Shown here: positions 46,757 to 57,097 of the stretch, one piece after another
How positions within the stretch are numbered: position 1 is the stretch's first letter
Layout: each line of letters starts with the position of its first letter
DNA from: Candidatus Acetothermia bacterium
GTDB lineage: Bacteria > Bipolaricaulota > Bipolaricaulia > RBG-16-55-9
Direction: 5' to 3'
Length of the DNA stretch: 64,000 bases
Assembly (NCBI GenBank): GCA_016201405.1
Contig: JACQCZ010000014.1
Location: forward strand, 106,631 to 170,630
Position numbers and translations under genes: made by a program
The notes under the pieces: model-generated
Database searches by the model: none
Told to the model about the DNA's origin: nothing
Seen by the model: only the letters and a program-made list of their open reading frames with translations

Positions 46757-49450
46757 TTATGAGCCAAGCTTTGTTTGTAGCGTCTTTCTCACTTCTTGCA
46801 AGGCTCTCTCAAGATGCTTAGGCTGGTCGCCGCCGCCCTGGGCGAAGCGCGGATTCCCGCCGCCCTTGCCGCCCACAATCTGGGCTGCATCCCGAACGAG
46901 ATCGCCAGCGCGAATCTTCTTGGTGAGTGATTCGCTCACTTTTGCGATGAGCAGGGCACGTCCATTCTGCTCGCTGCCAAATAAAACTACACCGTGCTCC
47001 AATTGCCCTTCGACGAGATCCGCCAGCTCTTTGAGGGCATCCACATCAAGATCAATTTTTTTGAAAAGAATCTGACAATCAGAGACCCGCTCAGCACTTT
47101 GAACCAGCTCATCGCGCATCGTTATGAGACTGGCTGTCGTAAGTTTCTTGAGTTGTTGCTCTAGTTGTGATTTCTCGTTGATTAATAATTCAAGCTTGGA
47201 TGGAATCTCACTCTCAGACGTCTTCAATTGAGTTGAGAGTGTGCTGAGAATCTGCTCTTTCTCATGAAGATAACGCAACAGATTTTCGCCAGTGGCCACA
47301 TAGACACGCCGCACCCCCGCAGCCACTCCCTCTTCTCGAACAATCTTGAAGAGCCCAATCTCGCCTGTGCGGCTGACATGAGTTCCGCCGCAGAGCTCAA
47401 TGCTAAAGGGCGAGCCAATTCCAGTCTCGCTCACAATCGAGACGACACGGACCTTCTCTTTGCCTTGATAATCTTCGGGGAAGAGCGCCATTGCGCCTTT
47501 TGCCTTGGCATCTTCCAATCTCTCTTCTGCAATACGCACCGGCAGATCGCGCAAGATTATTTCGTTTGACATCTCGTCGATCTTGCGAATCTCATCCTCA
47601 GTAAGCGCGGAAAAGTGTGTGAAGTCAAAGCGCAGCTCATCGGGAGCCACTAGCGATCCCGCTTGAATTCCCGTTTTGTGATTCAAGACTTTGCGAAGCG
47701 CCGCATGCAAAATATGCGTGGCGGTATGGTTTCGCTGCGTTGCTTTGCGAGATGGAAGGTCAATTTCAAGTTTGCAATTCTCTCCTTTTTCAAAATAGCC
47801 ATCAATCACCTCTACCTGATGGAAGAAAATTCTATGTTGCCGTTTTTCTACATTAATTACCTTCGCTTTACTTGTCTGGTCAATATTTTGGATAATTCCA
47901 GTGTCAGACACTTGACCTCCACCGTCAGGGTAGAAAGGGCTAGCGTTAAACACAATGTATCCTTGCATCCCTGGTGTCAATCTTGTAGTCACACCTATTT
48001 GTTTATCTAGTTGTTTATCGAAAATACCGAGAATTTCTGAGGTTTGTTGAGCTGATTCATACCCAACAAACTGAGTAGGAGGCAAAGCTTCAACCTTATA
48101 TTCAAGCCTCAATGATCCACTTACAGTTACCTTTGACCTCTTTCGCTGCATATCCATCTCTGCTTCAAATCCTACTCGGTCTACTGAAAAACCTTGTTCC
48201 TTGGCAATGTCTTCAATGATTTGAATGTGCAGGCCCTCTCTGTCATGTAGAGGGAAGACCTCTGCACCTGTGAGAACTTTTTCGGCTTTCTTCGATTTGA
48301 TCTCGAACAACTGCTCTAAATATCTCATGCTCGAGTTATAAGTCTTGTCAAAGCGCTCCTCTTCCACAGAGATAGCCTTGAGAATAAAATCATGCCGCCC
48401 GCGTAATTCTGGATATACATCACCCATGTGGTCAATGACAGATTTCGAAACAGAACTCAGAAATGGCCCATTCAGCCCAAGCTTCATGCCAAAGCGGATG
48501 GCGCGGCGGATGAGCATTCGCAGCACATAGCTGCGGTCTTCGTTTCCAGGCAAGACGCCATCTGCAATGAGGAAGGTCATCGCCCGCCCGTGATCAGCAA
48601 TGACGCGATAGGGCACAATCTGCTCTCTCATCTGAGCTACTGAATGACCCGTCAGCTTGCGAATCGCTGCAAAGATTGGCTCAAATAGATCGGTGTCATA
48701 GTTGGCCTCTTTATTCTGGAGGACTGCGGTTATGCGCTCAAGACCCATGCCAGTGTCTACGCTGGGGGTGGCCAAAGGCGTCGTCTTGCCACTGGAGTCG
48801 ATGTTATACTGCATAAAGACCAGATTCCAGATCTCCCAGAAGCGCTCGCACTTTTCCACTTCAGATGAGGTCTTTGGCGTGCACTTTCCTTTGAGCGAGC
48901 AGATGCAGCGCTCAATGCCTCGATCATAATAGATCTCGGAATTGGGGCCATTGGGACCCGTATCCCCCATCGACCACCAGTTGTCTGCTTTGCCTAAGCG
49001 CTCGATACGGGATTCAGGAAGCTTTGCGATCTCGCGCCACAGACTGGCGGCTTCATCATCGTCTTGATAGACCGTGACTGAGATGAGCATGGGGTCTATT
49101 TTCAATGTTTTGGTGACAAACTCCCAAGCGTAAAAAATGGCCTCCCGCTTGAAATAGTCGCCAAAGCTGAAGTTACCCAGCATCTCGAAAAAGGTCTGAT
49201 GGCGCGGGCTAGGCCCGACCTCTTCGAGGTCATTGTGCTTTCCTGAGAGGCGGGCGCATTTCTGAGCCGTCGTTGCCCGCGTGTATGGGCGCTTTTCGCG
49301 CCCCAGAAATAGATCCTTGAACTGCACCATGCCCGAATTGACCAGCAACAGTGTTGGGTCGTCAGGCACAAGCGACGAGCTCGGGACAATGGTATGCCCC
49401 TGAGCCTCAAAATACTTCAAAAATGCCTTGCGAATCTCAAATGATTTCAT
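46757..49450 (-). CDS. alaS: alanine--tRNA ligase
   Basis: 897 aa; class II core, editing domain zinc motif (HTATH...CGGTH) and C-terminal DHHA1-like domain. Confidence 0.95.
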   Translation of the reverse strand: MKSFEIRKAFLKYFEAQGHTIVPSSSLVPDDPTLLLVNSGMVQFKDLFLGREKRPYTRATTAQKCARLSGKHNDLEEVGPSPRHQTFFEMLGNFSFGDYFKREAIFYAWEFVTKTLKIDPMLISVTVYQDDDEAASLWREIAKLPESRIERLGKADNWWSMGDTGPNGPNSEIYYDRGIERCICSLKGKCTPKTSSEVEKCERFWEIWNLVFMQYNIDSSGKTTPLATPSVDTGMGLERITAVLQNKEANYDTDLFEPIFAAIRKLTGHSVAQMREQIVPYRVIADHGRAMTFLIADGVLPGNEDRSYVLRMLIRRAIRFGMKLGLNGPFLSSVSKSVIDHMGDVYPELRGRHDFILKAISVEEERFDKTYNSSMRYLEQLFEIKSKKAEKVLTGAEVFPLHDREGLHIQIIEDIAKEQGFSVDRVGFEAEMDMQRKRSKVTVSGSLRLEYKVEALPPTQFVGYESAQQTSEILGIFDKQLDKQIGVTTRLTPGMQGYIVFNASPFYPDGGGQVSDTGIIQNIDQTSKAKVINVEKRQHRIFFHQVEVIDGYFEKGENCKLEIDLPSRKATQRNHTATHILHAALRKVLNHKTGIQAGSLVAPDELRFDFTHFSALTEDEIRKIDEMSNEIILRDLPVRIAEERLEDAKAKGAMALFPEDYQGKEKVRVVSIVSETGIGSPFSIELCGGTHVSRTGEIGLFKIVREEGVAAGVRRVYVATGENLLRYLHEKEQILSTLSTQLKTSESEIPSKLELLINEKSQLEQQLKKLTTASLITMRDELVQSAERVSDCQILFKKIDLDVDALKELADLVEGQLEHGVVLFGSEQNGRALLIAKVSESLTKKIRAGDLVRDAAQIVGGKGGGNPRFAQGGGDQPKHLERALQEVRKTLQTKLGS

Positions 49451-49678
49451 TTGTTTTTGCCTTCATTTGGAACGTCCGATTCTAGGCATGATGCTCTAGA
49501 ATTGCAACATTCAGAGTGCGAGCGTGAATCACAGAAGCCACTCGGTTCCGGCTGGAATTTACCCTGGACATGATCCGGGGCAGGAACGACAGGCACTTTA
49601 ATTTGCATGTGTTGTCTGATTACTTGCCGATCAATAGAATGGCTGCATCAAACAAAAAATCACTGTAACGGAGGAATG

Positions 49679-50749
49679 ATGAAGAAGAATTCACTGGCAT
49701 TCTTGAAGAGATTGATGGAGACAATCAGCCCATCTGGCTTTGAGCAGGAGGCCGCCAAAGTCTGGATGGCCGAAGCAAAGACATTTGCCGATAAAGTCTG
49801 GAGCGACCAGCACGGCAATTGCTATGCCCTAATCAATGGCGGTGGTGGCCCCCGCGTGATGCTGGCAGGCCACATCGATGAGATCGGCCTGATGATCACG
49901 CACATTGATGAGAAGGGCTTCTTGTACTTCACCAACATCGGCGGCTGGGATGCGCAAGTGCTCGTTGGACAGCGCGTCTGGGTCAATGCCAAGCGCGGGC
50001 GGGTGCTGGGCGTCATCGGGAAGAAGCCGATTCACCTGATGCAGGCCAAAGAGCGCGAAAATGCCGTCAAGATTGATGATCTTTGGATCGATATCGGCTC
50101 CAAAGATAAGAAGGACGCCGAGAAGCGCGTGGGCGTTGGCGATCCAACGGTATTGGCCTATGGAATGGAAGAGCTTCCCAATGACCTGCTAGTCTCTCGG
50201 GGTTTTGATGATAAAGCGGGCGCATTTGTCGTTCTAGAGGCCGCTCGCTTGCTCTCCCAGATGAATCCCAAAGCGGAAGTCTATGCAGTGGCGACTGTGC
50301 AAGAAGAGATTGGGCTGCGCGGCGCAACGACCAGTTCCTTCCACATCGATCCGCAAGTCGGAATCGCCGTAGACGTCGAATTTGCGACAGACTTCCCATC
50401 AATGGACAGCGAGAAGAAGAAGCTGGGCGAGATTTTGATCGGTAAAGGACCAGGAGTCATGCGTGGGGCAAATATCAACCACGTTCTCTTTGATCTGATG
50501 GTCGAGGCTGGCGACAAAGAGAAGATCCCCTACCAGGTGACGGGCTATCCAGGCGGGACTGGGACCGATGCCAATGCGATGCAGCTTGCGCGTGCAGGGG
50601 TTGCAACAGGTTTGATCGGCGTACCCAACCGCTACATGCACAGCCCATGCGAGATTGTTCATATGGATGATCTGGAGAACTCAGCCAAGATCATTGCTCA
50701 TGCTGTCAGGAGAATTGACAAGAAGAGTGATTTCACCTGGGCAAAGTAG
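49679..50749 (+). CDS. M42 family peptidase (aminopeptidase/FrvX-like)
   Basis: M42 motifs (GHIDEIGLMITHID, RGFDDKAG, VQEEIGLRGA). Start chosen at MKKNSL; the ORF starts at 49607. Confidence 0.85.
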   Translation: MKKNSLAFLKRLMETISPSGFEQEAAKVWMAEAKTFADKVWSDQHGNCYALINGGGGPRVMLAGHIDEIGLMITHIDEKGFLYFTNIGGWDAQVLVGQRVWVNAKRGRVLGVIGKKPIHLMQAKERENAVKIDDLWIDIGSKDKKDAEKRVGVGDPTVLAYGMEELPNDLLVSRGFDDKAGAFVVLEAARLLSQMNPKAEVYAVATVQEEIGLRGATTSSFHIDPQVGIAVDVEFATDFPSMDSEKKKLGEILIGKGPGVMRGANINHVLFDLMVEAGDKEKIPYQVTGYPGGTGTDANAMQLARAGVATGLIGVPNRYMHSPCEIVHMDDLENSAKIIAHAVRRIDKKSDFTWAK

Positions 50750-50758
50750 AGTATTGAT

Positions 50759-51550
50759 TTAACGCGGCGCAGCCTTGCGCATCATTTTGGCAAAGCGGTT
50801 GGGGAAGAATCTCTTGATGTAAATGAGCTTTATATCCCGTCCCGCGATGAAGATCTCATTCTCGTCTTGCTCGATTCCTTGCAGAATCTTCTCTGCACAG
50901 ACCGCAGGGGGCTGGCCATTCGCCACAGCCTGGTCCATTTTGTTAAAAACTGCCCCGTCGCCTTTAAGCGCATTGAGCGAGATATTCGTGTGAATGTAGC
51001 CAGGACAGACAATCATGACTTTGATCCCATCTTGCCACGTCTCAGCGCGGAGCGATTCGAAGAAGCCGTGCAGAGCGTGCTTTGAGGCCGAATAAGCCGA
51101 GCGCAGCGGCGTCCCGAACTTTCCGGCCAAGCTGCTGATGGCCACAATGTGACCCGATTTCTGTTTCAACATGATGGGCAGAACGGCCTTTGTCAGTGCC
51201 ACTGTGCCAAAGTAATTGACGGCCATGATCTTCTTGTCGACTTCAAGTCTCGTATCTTTGGTGAGTGCACGCTGGCTGATTCCGCCATTGTTGACGAGAA
51301 CATCAATTCTTCCGAATTTTGCGAGCGCCGTCTCAGTTTTCTTGGTAAGAGAGTCGTGATCAGCCAGATCAAGGGGCAAAACAAGTATATCCTCTGGTTT
51401 AGCTCCCAAACTGGCTTGAGCCCGGTTGAGCTCGTCCTCGCGGCGCGCTGACAGAATCACTTTCGCGCCCTTCTGATAAAACAAACGAGCCAGAGCCTCC
51501 CCAATTCCTGAAGATGCACCCGTGATCCATACGACTTTTTCTTGAAAGCT
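50759..51550 (-). CDS. SDR family oxidoreductase
   Basis: Rossmann motif TGASSGIGEA, NNGG and catalytic YSASK. Start chosen at MSFQEK; the ORF extends to 51592. Confidence 0.85.
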   Translation of the reverse strand, partial: SFQEKVVWITGASSGIGEALARLFYQKGAKVILSARREDELNRAQASLGAKPEDILVLPLDLADHDSLTKKTETALAKFGRIDVLVNNGGISQRALTKDTRLEVDKKIMAVNYFGTVALTKAVLPIMLKQKSGHIVAISSLAGKFGTPLRSAYSASKHALHGFFESLRAETWQDGIKVMIVCPGYIHTNISLNALKGDGAVFNKMDQAVANGQPPAVCAEKILQGIEQDENEIFIAGRDIKLIYIKRFFPNRFAKMMRKAAPR

Positions 51551-52245
51551 CATGCTTGCACCCCACGCTTGAGATAGTTGCACCAGCCGCACTCCGGATC
51601 AGCCTCTGGCGCTTCGACTCTCTCCAGTACATCCAGAACATTGTCTAGCAGCCTCAAGAAGACTTGTGGGTCTTGCCTCACTTCAATCCAGGAGAGAGAA
51701 CCAGCCATCGTCGCGCTGCCGCCTCCATTATGCACAAAGAGCTCTGGCTCAAAGATGAGCAGCCCCAATCGGGTGACTGGGCTTAGCGAAAGCTTTCCAA
51801 GGGCTGCATTTTGCAAGGAGTAAGCATATGCATTGAGCTGCTTAAAATAGACATCGGCGTGGGCTGCCGATGGCCTTGAGGTCTTGAAGTCAATCACCCC
51901 ATAGGAGCCATCATCAAAGGCCACAACCGCATCGAGCTTGCCTCGAATATAGCAGCTTGTTGAATGATTTTTAAGCGAAATGGGCTTCGATTCGATCCAC
52001 TTCTCTCCAAATTTGACGATGCCACTGGGAAGCTGGCTGCTGATGCGCTCTGTGCGCTCATTGATGAGACAATCTTTCATCTTGGAGTCAATCACCGTAA
52101 AGATCTTGGGCATGGCCATTCGCGGGCGGTCAAAATGATCAACAAGCTTGAGGTAAAAGCAGCGTTTGCACTCTTCCCAAAGAAAGACCAGATCACTCGG
52201 CGTCAGTTTCCAGCAGGCCTCTTCTGGAAAGAGGGACTTGATCAT
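51550..52245 (-). CDS. PD-(D/E)XK nuclease superfamily protein, Cas4/RecB-like with Cys clusters
   Basis: 231 aa; N-terminal CKRC, nuclease motifs VIDFKTS and YFKQLNAYAYSL (QxxxY), C-terminal CGWC. Confidence 0.6.
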   Translation of the reverse strand: MIKSLFPEEACWKLTPSDLVFLWEECKRCFYLKLVDHFDRPRMAMPKIFTVIDSKMKDCLINERTERISSQLPSGIVKFGEKWIESKPISLKNHSTSCYIRGKLDAVVAFDDGSYGVIDFKTSRPSAAHADVYFKQLNAYAYSLQNAALGKLSLSPVTRLGLLIFEPELFVHNGGGSATMAGSLSWIEVRQDPQVFLRLLDNVLDVLERVEAPEADPECGWCNYLKRGVQA

Positions 52246-52440
52246 TGAGATGTTCGCTCGCCTCCTCAGTTTTCACGATTGTCAAGCCGCGTAATGTAAT
52301 CTTTAGAACCGCCTGCCCTATAGCCTACCAGTAAGATGAGCGAGGAGCCAAATAGTAGATGAGCGATCTACTGATTTATTATGCATGGGTAGCGACCCAT
52401 GCTATAGCGTTACCGAATGAGGTAAGCAATAGGAGGGCAC

Positions 52441-54954
52441 ATGTTTAAGGGAACCTTAGCAAAGCCATACAAACTATTATTTTGTCTGCTCGCCTTGGCA
52501 GGGCTGTTGGCATTCTTTAGCAATGCATCTGTCTTAGCCCAGCGGCAGCCCGCCACTTCGAACCCGGCGCCGACGACGCTCCCTAAAGGGGACATCGTCT
52601 TTGTGATGGATGAATCTGGCAGCATCTTCAATGATGCGATGGCCGTAGACGCCAATTTGAACCAGATTGTCCAGCTCCTTGAGGGCGTCCTTGATTATCA
52701 AGTCGGCATCGTCGGCTTTGGCTCATATGTGGGGCACATGGGCACTCAATATGAAGGCCAGCCCTACATCAACCTAAAGCTGACGTCTGACATGAAGGCT
52801 TTTTCAAAAGCCCTCAAGACGCTAGTGACAGATGGCAATTTTGAGTATGGATTCGATGCCGTCAAGCTGGCCACTCAGGACGAGCTGGGCTTCCGCCCAG
52901 GCGCGGGCGTCTGCGTCGTGCTCATCACCGATGAAGATGCCGATCTCTCCAGTGAGCAGCCAGTCAGCCGCGAGGATGCTATTGCGGCCTTACAGAAGAT
53001 CCACGCCGATTTTCTCGGAATTGTGGACCCGTCGTATGGAACGACCATGCAAGATTACGGGCCATTGGCTGGAAGTCTGGCGCAGGCGACCGGTGGAAAA
53101 ATCTTTGATATCGCGAAGTTCCGCAAAGATGCAGGCCCGGTCCTGCGTGAGCTGATCTCATCGTGCGTCAGCACGGTTCAGAATAATAATCAAAACAATA
53201 ACCAAAACAACGGAAACACGGGCACCCCAAGCACACAGCCTCAACAACCCCAGCCTAGCTATGCAACCAGCGAAGAGCTCGATCAGCTCAAGATCGCCTT
53301 CACGGCGCTCTCCAACCAGAACACGGACTTTTTGGCTCGCCTGAGCCAGATTGTGAGCCGCATCGAGGCACTGGAAGCGAAGGGCAATGGGCTGCCAGCC
53401 GATCTTGAAGCGCGGCTCACGACCTATGAGCGCAACTTCCAGCGCATTGACATCACTTTCCAGAACTTTACTGCCAACTTCAATCAGTACAATTTGCGCC
53501 TTAATGACGCCGAGCAGAATATTGCCTCGCTACGGACTACAATTGCCGCTCTGCAAGAATCCAACCAGAATATGGCGATCCGAATGCAGAGCTTGGAGGA
53601 CCGCATCAAAGCCCTGGAAGGCTCTGACATTGGCGACCGCGTCAAGGCACTCGAAGCCGTCTTTGTCGAATTTGACAGCTTCAAGACCGACTTTGGCGCT
53701 CTGCTCAACTGGCGTGACGACGCCAAGCAGAGACTGGATGCGCTGGAGAAGGCATTTGCCGATGCGAATAACCAATTCAATGCTATCCACGCAACCCTGA
53801 CAGACTTACAAAACTCAGACAGCGGCATAAACTCGCGCGTCGACGACCTGACGGGACGTCTGAAGAGCTTGGAGGATCAGACCGCACAGCTCTCTTCGGG
53901 TCTTGGAGCACGGATCGATGCATTAGAGAAGCAGCTCGCCGGATTTGCTGGATATGAGGCCCGCTTCCAGGAGATCGAATCGAAACTCAATGGCATTGAT
54001 CTGAGTGTATATGATGCCAAATTCCAAACATTTGCTGGCGAGATTGATGCACTGCAAAAAGCCGTCACAGAGAACTCTCAAGATATCGCTTCGTTCAAAG
54101 ACCGGGCTTCCGCTTGGGATTTGGATCTTTCTAACTTGAAAGGAGCGGTTGGCTCCCTGGTCGATAAAGTGAGCGCCCTGGGCGGCCTGGTCCAGCAGGT
54201 CGCAGACTTGCAATCCGCCGTTCAGGGACTTCAGACAAAGCTCCAGGATACGCAAGACTCATTCTCAGCCCGATTTCAGACGAACGAAGCAAATTTGGAT
54301 GCCCTTAAGAAAGAGATCGATGGCGTCAATAGCGATCTTCAAGATTTGATCAAGCGCCTCAGCGACAAACCGTTCGCGCTTCAATCCGACTTGGATTCGC
54401 TCGCCTCAAGCTTGGGCAGCCGCATCCAGTCTCTCTTGCACCGCATCCAAAACTTGGAGGCGGCAGGACAGGGACCTGATCCCGAGACGAAGAGCCAGCT
54501 TGAGAACCTGGCCAACTTGATCTCGCAGCTCCAGGTGAGCCTGGCACAGCAGGCATCGAAACAGAATGCCGATTACGAAGAAGTGAAGAATCTGATCGCG
54601 GGTCATGAGGAATGGCTCCAAAAGATCGAGGCTTGGAAGTCGATGGATGACGAGCGGGTGGCTGGCCTCGATCAACGACTGACGACTGTGGAGGGTAGTC
54701 TCAATGACCTCTCTGCACAGCTGAAAGATAGCCAGAACAAGCTGACTGCGAATCAGAAGACGATGGGAGATCTCCAGCACTCTCTCACCGACTTGAAGAC
54801 CAAGCTGGATGACCTTGCCAATCGAATGGATGGACAGAGCAATGCGCTCGATCCCGCCAAGCTGCGCTCGGCTCAGCGTCTGGCAGAGATTGCCTTCCTG
54901 ACCGCAGTGGCAGCCATCGGAATCTCGCTGCTCTTCTTTCTATCCAAATCGTAA
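52441..54954 (+). CDS. secreted VWA-domain protein with long coiled-coil region and C-terminal TM anchor
   Basis: 837 aa; signal peptide, VWA with MIDAS DESGS, N/Q-rich linker, about 550 aa of heptad-like repeats (RIEALEA, RIKALEG, RVKALEA, RIDALEK), C-terminal TM helix. Confidence 0.7.
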   Translation: MFKGTLAKPYKLLFCLLALAGLLAFFSNASVLAQRQPATSNPAPTTLPKGDIVFVMDESGSIFNDAMAVDANLNQIVQLLEGVLDYQVGIVGFGSYVGHMGTQYEGQPYINLKLTSDMKAFSKALKTLVTDGNFEYGFDAVKLATQDELGFRPGAGVCVVLITDEDADLSSEQPVSREDAIAALQKIHADFLGIVDPSYGTTMQDYGPLAGSLAQATGGKIFDIAKFRKDAGPVLRELISSCVSTVQNNNQNNNQNNGNTGTPSTQPQQPQPSYATSEELDQLKIAFTALSNQNTDFLARLSQIVSRIEALEAKGNGLPADLEARLTTYERNFQRIDITFQNFTANFNQYNLRLNDAEQNIASLRTTIAALQESNQNMAIRMQSLEDRIKALEGSDIGDRVKALEAVFVEFDSFKTDFGALLNWRDDAKQRLDALEKAFADANNQFNAIHATLTDLQNSDSGINSRVDDLTGRLKSLEDQTAQLSSGLGARIDALEKQLAGFAGYEARFQEIESKLNGIDLSVYDAKFQTFAGEIDALQKAVTENSQDIASFKDRASAWDLDLSNLKGAVGSLVDKVSALGGLVQQVADLQSAVQGLQTKLQDTQDSFSARFQTNEANLDALKKEIDGVNSDLQDLIKRLSDKPFALQSDLDSLASSLGSRIQSLLHRIQNLEAAGQGPDPETKSQLENLANLISQLQVSLAQQASKQNADYEEVKNLIAGHEEWLQKIEAWKSMDDERVAGLDQRLTTVEGSLNDLSAQLKDSQNKLTANQKTMGDLQHSLTDLKTKLDDLANRMDGQSNALDPAKLRSAQRLAEIAFLTAVAAIGISLLFFLSKS

Positions 54955-54990
54955 CGCTAAGGTTCCCATACCGGAGACGCGTGCGCTGGG

Positions 54991-55797
54991 TCACATATAG
55001 CCCAGCGCGCGGAGTCTCTCCATCAATTCTTCTTTATCCTGCTCACGGCCTGCGCGCTCATTGACGCCCAGCTCTTGCTCCCAGGCCGGGCGGTCGTCGA
55101 GCGGCTCGGCACCAATCGAATCAAGAGAGCGAAAGCCCTTTGCATAGAGCGGATGGATGGGGAGCTTCTCCTGCATCATCACAGTCCAAATATCCCGCTC
55201 AGTCAATGGCAGAATTGGGTGGACGCGGAAGTGATCGGGAGCCGTTCGTTTTGAAAAGAAAGTCTCCGTGGCGCGGGCAGGATGCTCATCCCAGCGGATT
55301 CCTACAAATGCATAATCAAAGCCATGCTCCCGGAACGCCTGATTCATAGCGACTGTTTTTAATAGATGATTCCCCACATCGGAATCTAGGCTGAAAGGGA
55401 ATGTGGCATTGTGATAGCTCAATCGATCTGTCACTTCATGCTGGTTCTCAGCACTTAGACTTGAGACTGAGATTGGCTCACCCATTCGCCTAGCTTCTTT
55501 CAGCACATCGGCGTTGCGGGCAATCACAAGCTTGAAGTTGTATCTCTTCTGCATTTCTCCAATGAACTTCCACGTCTCGGGAAAGTGCAGGCCGTGATCC
55601 AAGATCAACGCCGGGATCTTTTCAAGCGAGCCAACGGTCTGGTGAATCATCCATAAGAGAATAGTCGAATCTTTGCCACCGGTATAGAGCAGCACGGGAT
55701 GTCTGGCTTTTTGCAGTGTTTCTCGCACAATCTGTTGCCCGTGATCTGTTCTTTCTTTCAAAGTTCTAAACAAATGCTGATGTGAGTCGGTCGTCAT
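54991..55797 (-). CDS. PAPS reductase / sulfate adenylyltransferase subunit 2 (CysD)-like PP-loop protein
   Basis: 268 aa; PP-loop LYTGGKDS and CysD-like blocks including C-terminal LRALGYM. Confidence 0.6.
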   Translation of the reverse strand: MTTDSHQHLFRTLKERTDHGQQIVRETLQKARHPVLLYTGGKDSTILLWMIHQTVGSLEKIPALILDHGLHFPETWKFIGEMQKRYNFKLVIARNADVLKEARRMGEPISVSSLSAENQHEVTDRLSYHNATFPFSLDSDVGNHLLKTVAMNQAFREHGFDYAFVGIRWDEHPARATETFFSKRTAPDHFRVHPILPLTERDIWTVMMQEKLPIHPLYAKGFRSLDSIGAEPLDDRPAWEQELGVNERAGREQDKEELMERLRALGYM

Positions 55798-55890
55798 CTA
55801 ATATTTCCTCCCAGTGGCACCCTTCTCGAGAATTAGGCGCATCCAGAACGATACTAGGAGAGAGAGAAGCGTGCAATCGCCACCCAAAAC

Positions 55891-56850
55891 CTAGGCCCGA
55901 ATGGAAACTCGATCTCTCTCCAGCGCGTTGAGCGCTCGCTTCAGCAGCCCAGCCAAGGCCGCCATTCCGTTCAAGCCATTGCGTTCCTCGACGGCTGGTG
56001 AGTAGTTGGTCGTGCCATTGACATCATAAGTGACCTTGCGCCCATTGCGGTCTTCAATAAACTCAATTCCAGCCAAGTCAAGTCCATTGGCCTCCATAAA
56101 TTGGATGTATTGAGCCACAATTGGGTCATCAAAATCTTCACGGAGTGAAAAGAGACTCTGAGGATCGATCTGCAGCGACTCTTCCGGTGCGCAGCCATCT
56201 GCCGGACAGAGCAGAAATCCCCGGCTGGTCTCTGAGCGAATGGCATAAAGAAATTGGCCAGCTACGATCTCGACCCGTGTGATATAGGGTTCTGGCGCTT
56301 CGATGTACTCTTGCAAGAGAGTGATATTGTCGATCGGGTATTCAAATTCCGGTGAGTCTGCATATTCCTCAAATTCATGGTGAGAGCGGAAGAGCCGCAC
56401 ACCAAGCCCTTTGCCGCCCCGATTGTGTTTGGTAATAAATGGCGTCTCAATCTTCTTCGCGGCATCTTTGAGCGACTTTCCAGTGCCCGACGCGACAATT
56501 GTGTGAGGAGTTTGAATCTCGAATCTTCTTAAGCACTCATATTGGCGCACTTTGCTGATCTCAAGGCTGAAAGCACGGCTGCCATTGATGACGCGCCGCC
56601 CGTGGCTCTCCAGCCAGACGAGCAGCTCTCTTGTGAAATCGACGCTCTCGCGGTGGTCGCGGGTATGGGATGAGGGGCTCATCCTGTTCAGAAAGATGCC
56701 GATCGGAGGCACTTCGCTGAGATCGAAGCTGCCGGTGTGAATCAGCCACTTTTCGTAGGGCAGTCTTGCACGCTCGAGCTCCCGAATGAGGGGCGGCAGC
56801 CAAGCATCATTCTCATAGAGAATATAAATTTTCGGCTCTTTAAAATTCAT
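55891..56850 (-). CDS. ATP-grasp domain protein
   Basis: 319 aa; ATP-grasp-like region PFITKHNRGGKGLGVRLF with acidic residues downstream; specific family not recognised. Confidence 0.55.
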   Translation of the reverse strand: MNFKEPKIYILYENDAWLPPLIRELERARLPYEKWLIHTGSFDLSEVPPIGIFLNRMSPSSHTRDHRESVDFTRELLVWLESHGRRVINGSRAFSLEISKVRQYECLRRFEIQTPHTIVASGTGKSLKDAAKKIETPFITKHNRGGKGLGVRLFRSHHEFEEYADSPEFEYPIDNITLLQEYIEAPEPYITRVEIVAGQFLYAIRSETSRGFLLCPADGCAPEESLQIDPQSLFSLREDFDDPIVAQYIQFMEANGLDLAGIEFIEDRNGRKVTYDVNGTTNYSPAVEERNGLNGMAALAGLLKRALNALERDRVSIRA

Positions 56851-57097
56851 GAGTCCTCCCTATTGAAAGATTTGAATTCAGTTCTAAACGGGATATTCGC
56901 TCTGTGAGAAACGCCAATCGGGTCAAATTCCGAAGTGATGCTGATCTGTCTCTGCAGAGTTAAATTTGGTGGAGCATGATTTGAATCAAAAGCCAGGTGG
57001 GAAGACTCAACAAATGCAGTTGCTGATGCTAAACAATTCTACAAAGGCGCTCGCGTGACATCGCTTCCTCCCTTCAAAAGCTAATAACTCAACTCAT

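Noticed and set aside
49451-49606. T-box or other riboswitch leader upstream of alaS
   Set aside because: No T-box consensus or obvious specifier/antiterminator arrangement in the divergent intergenic region.
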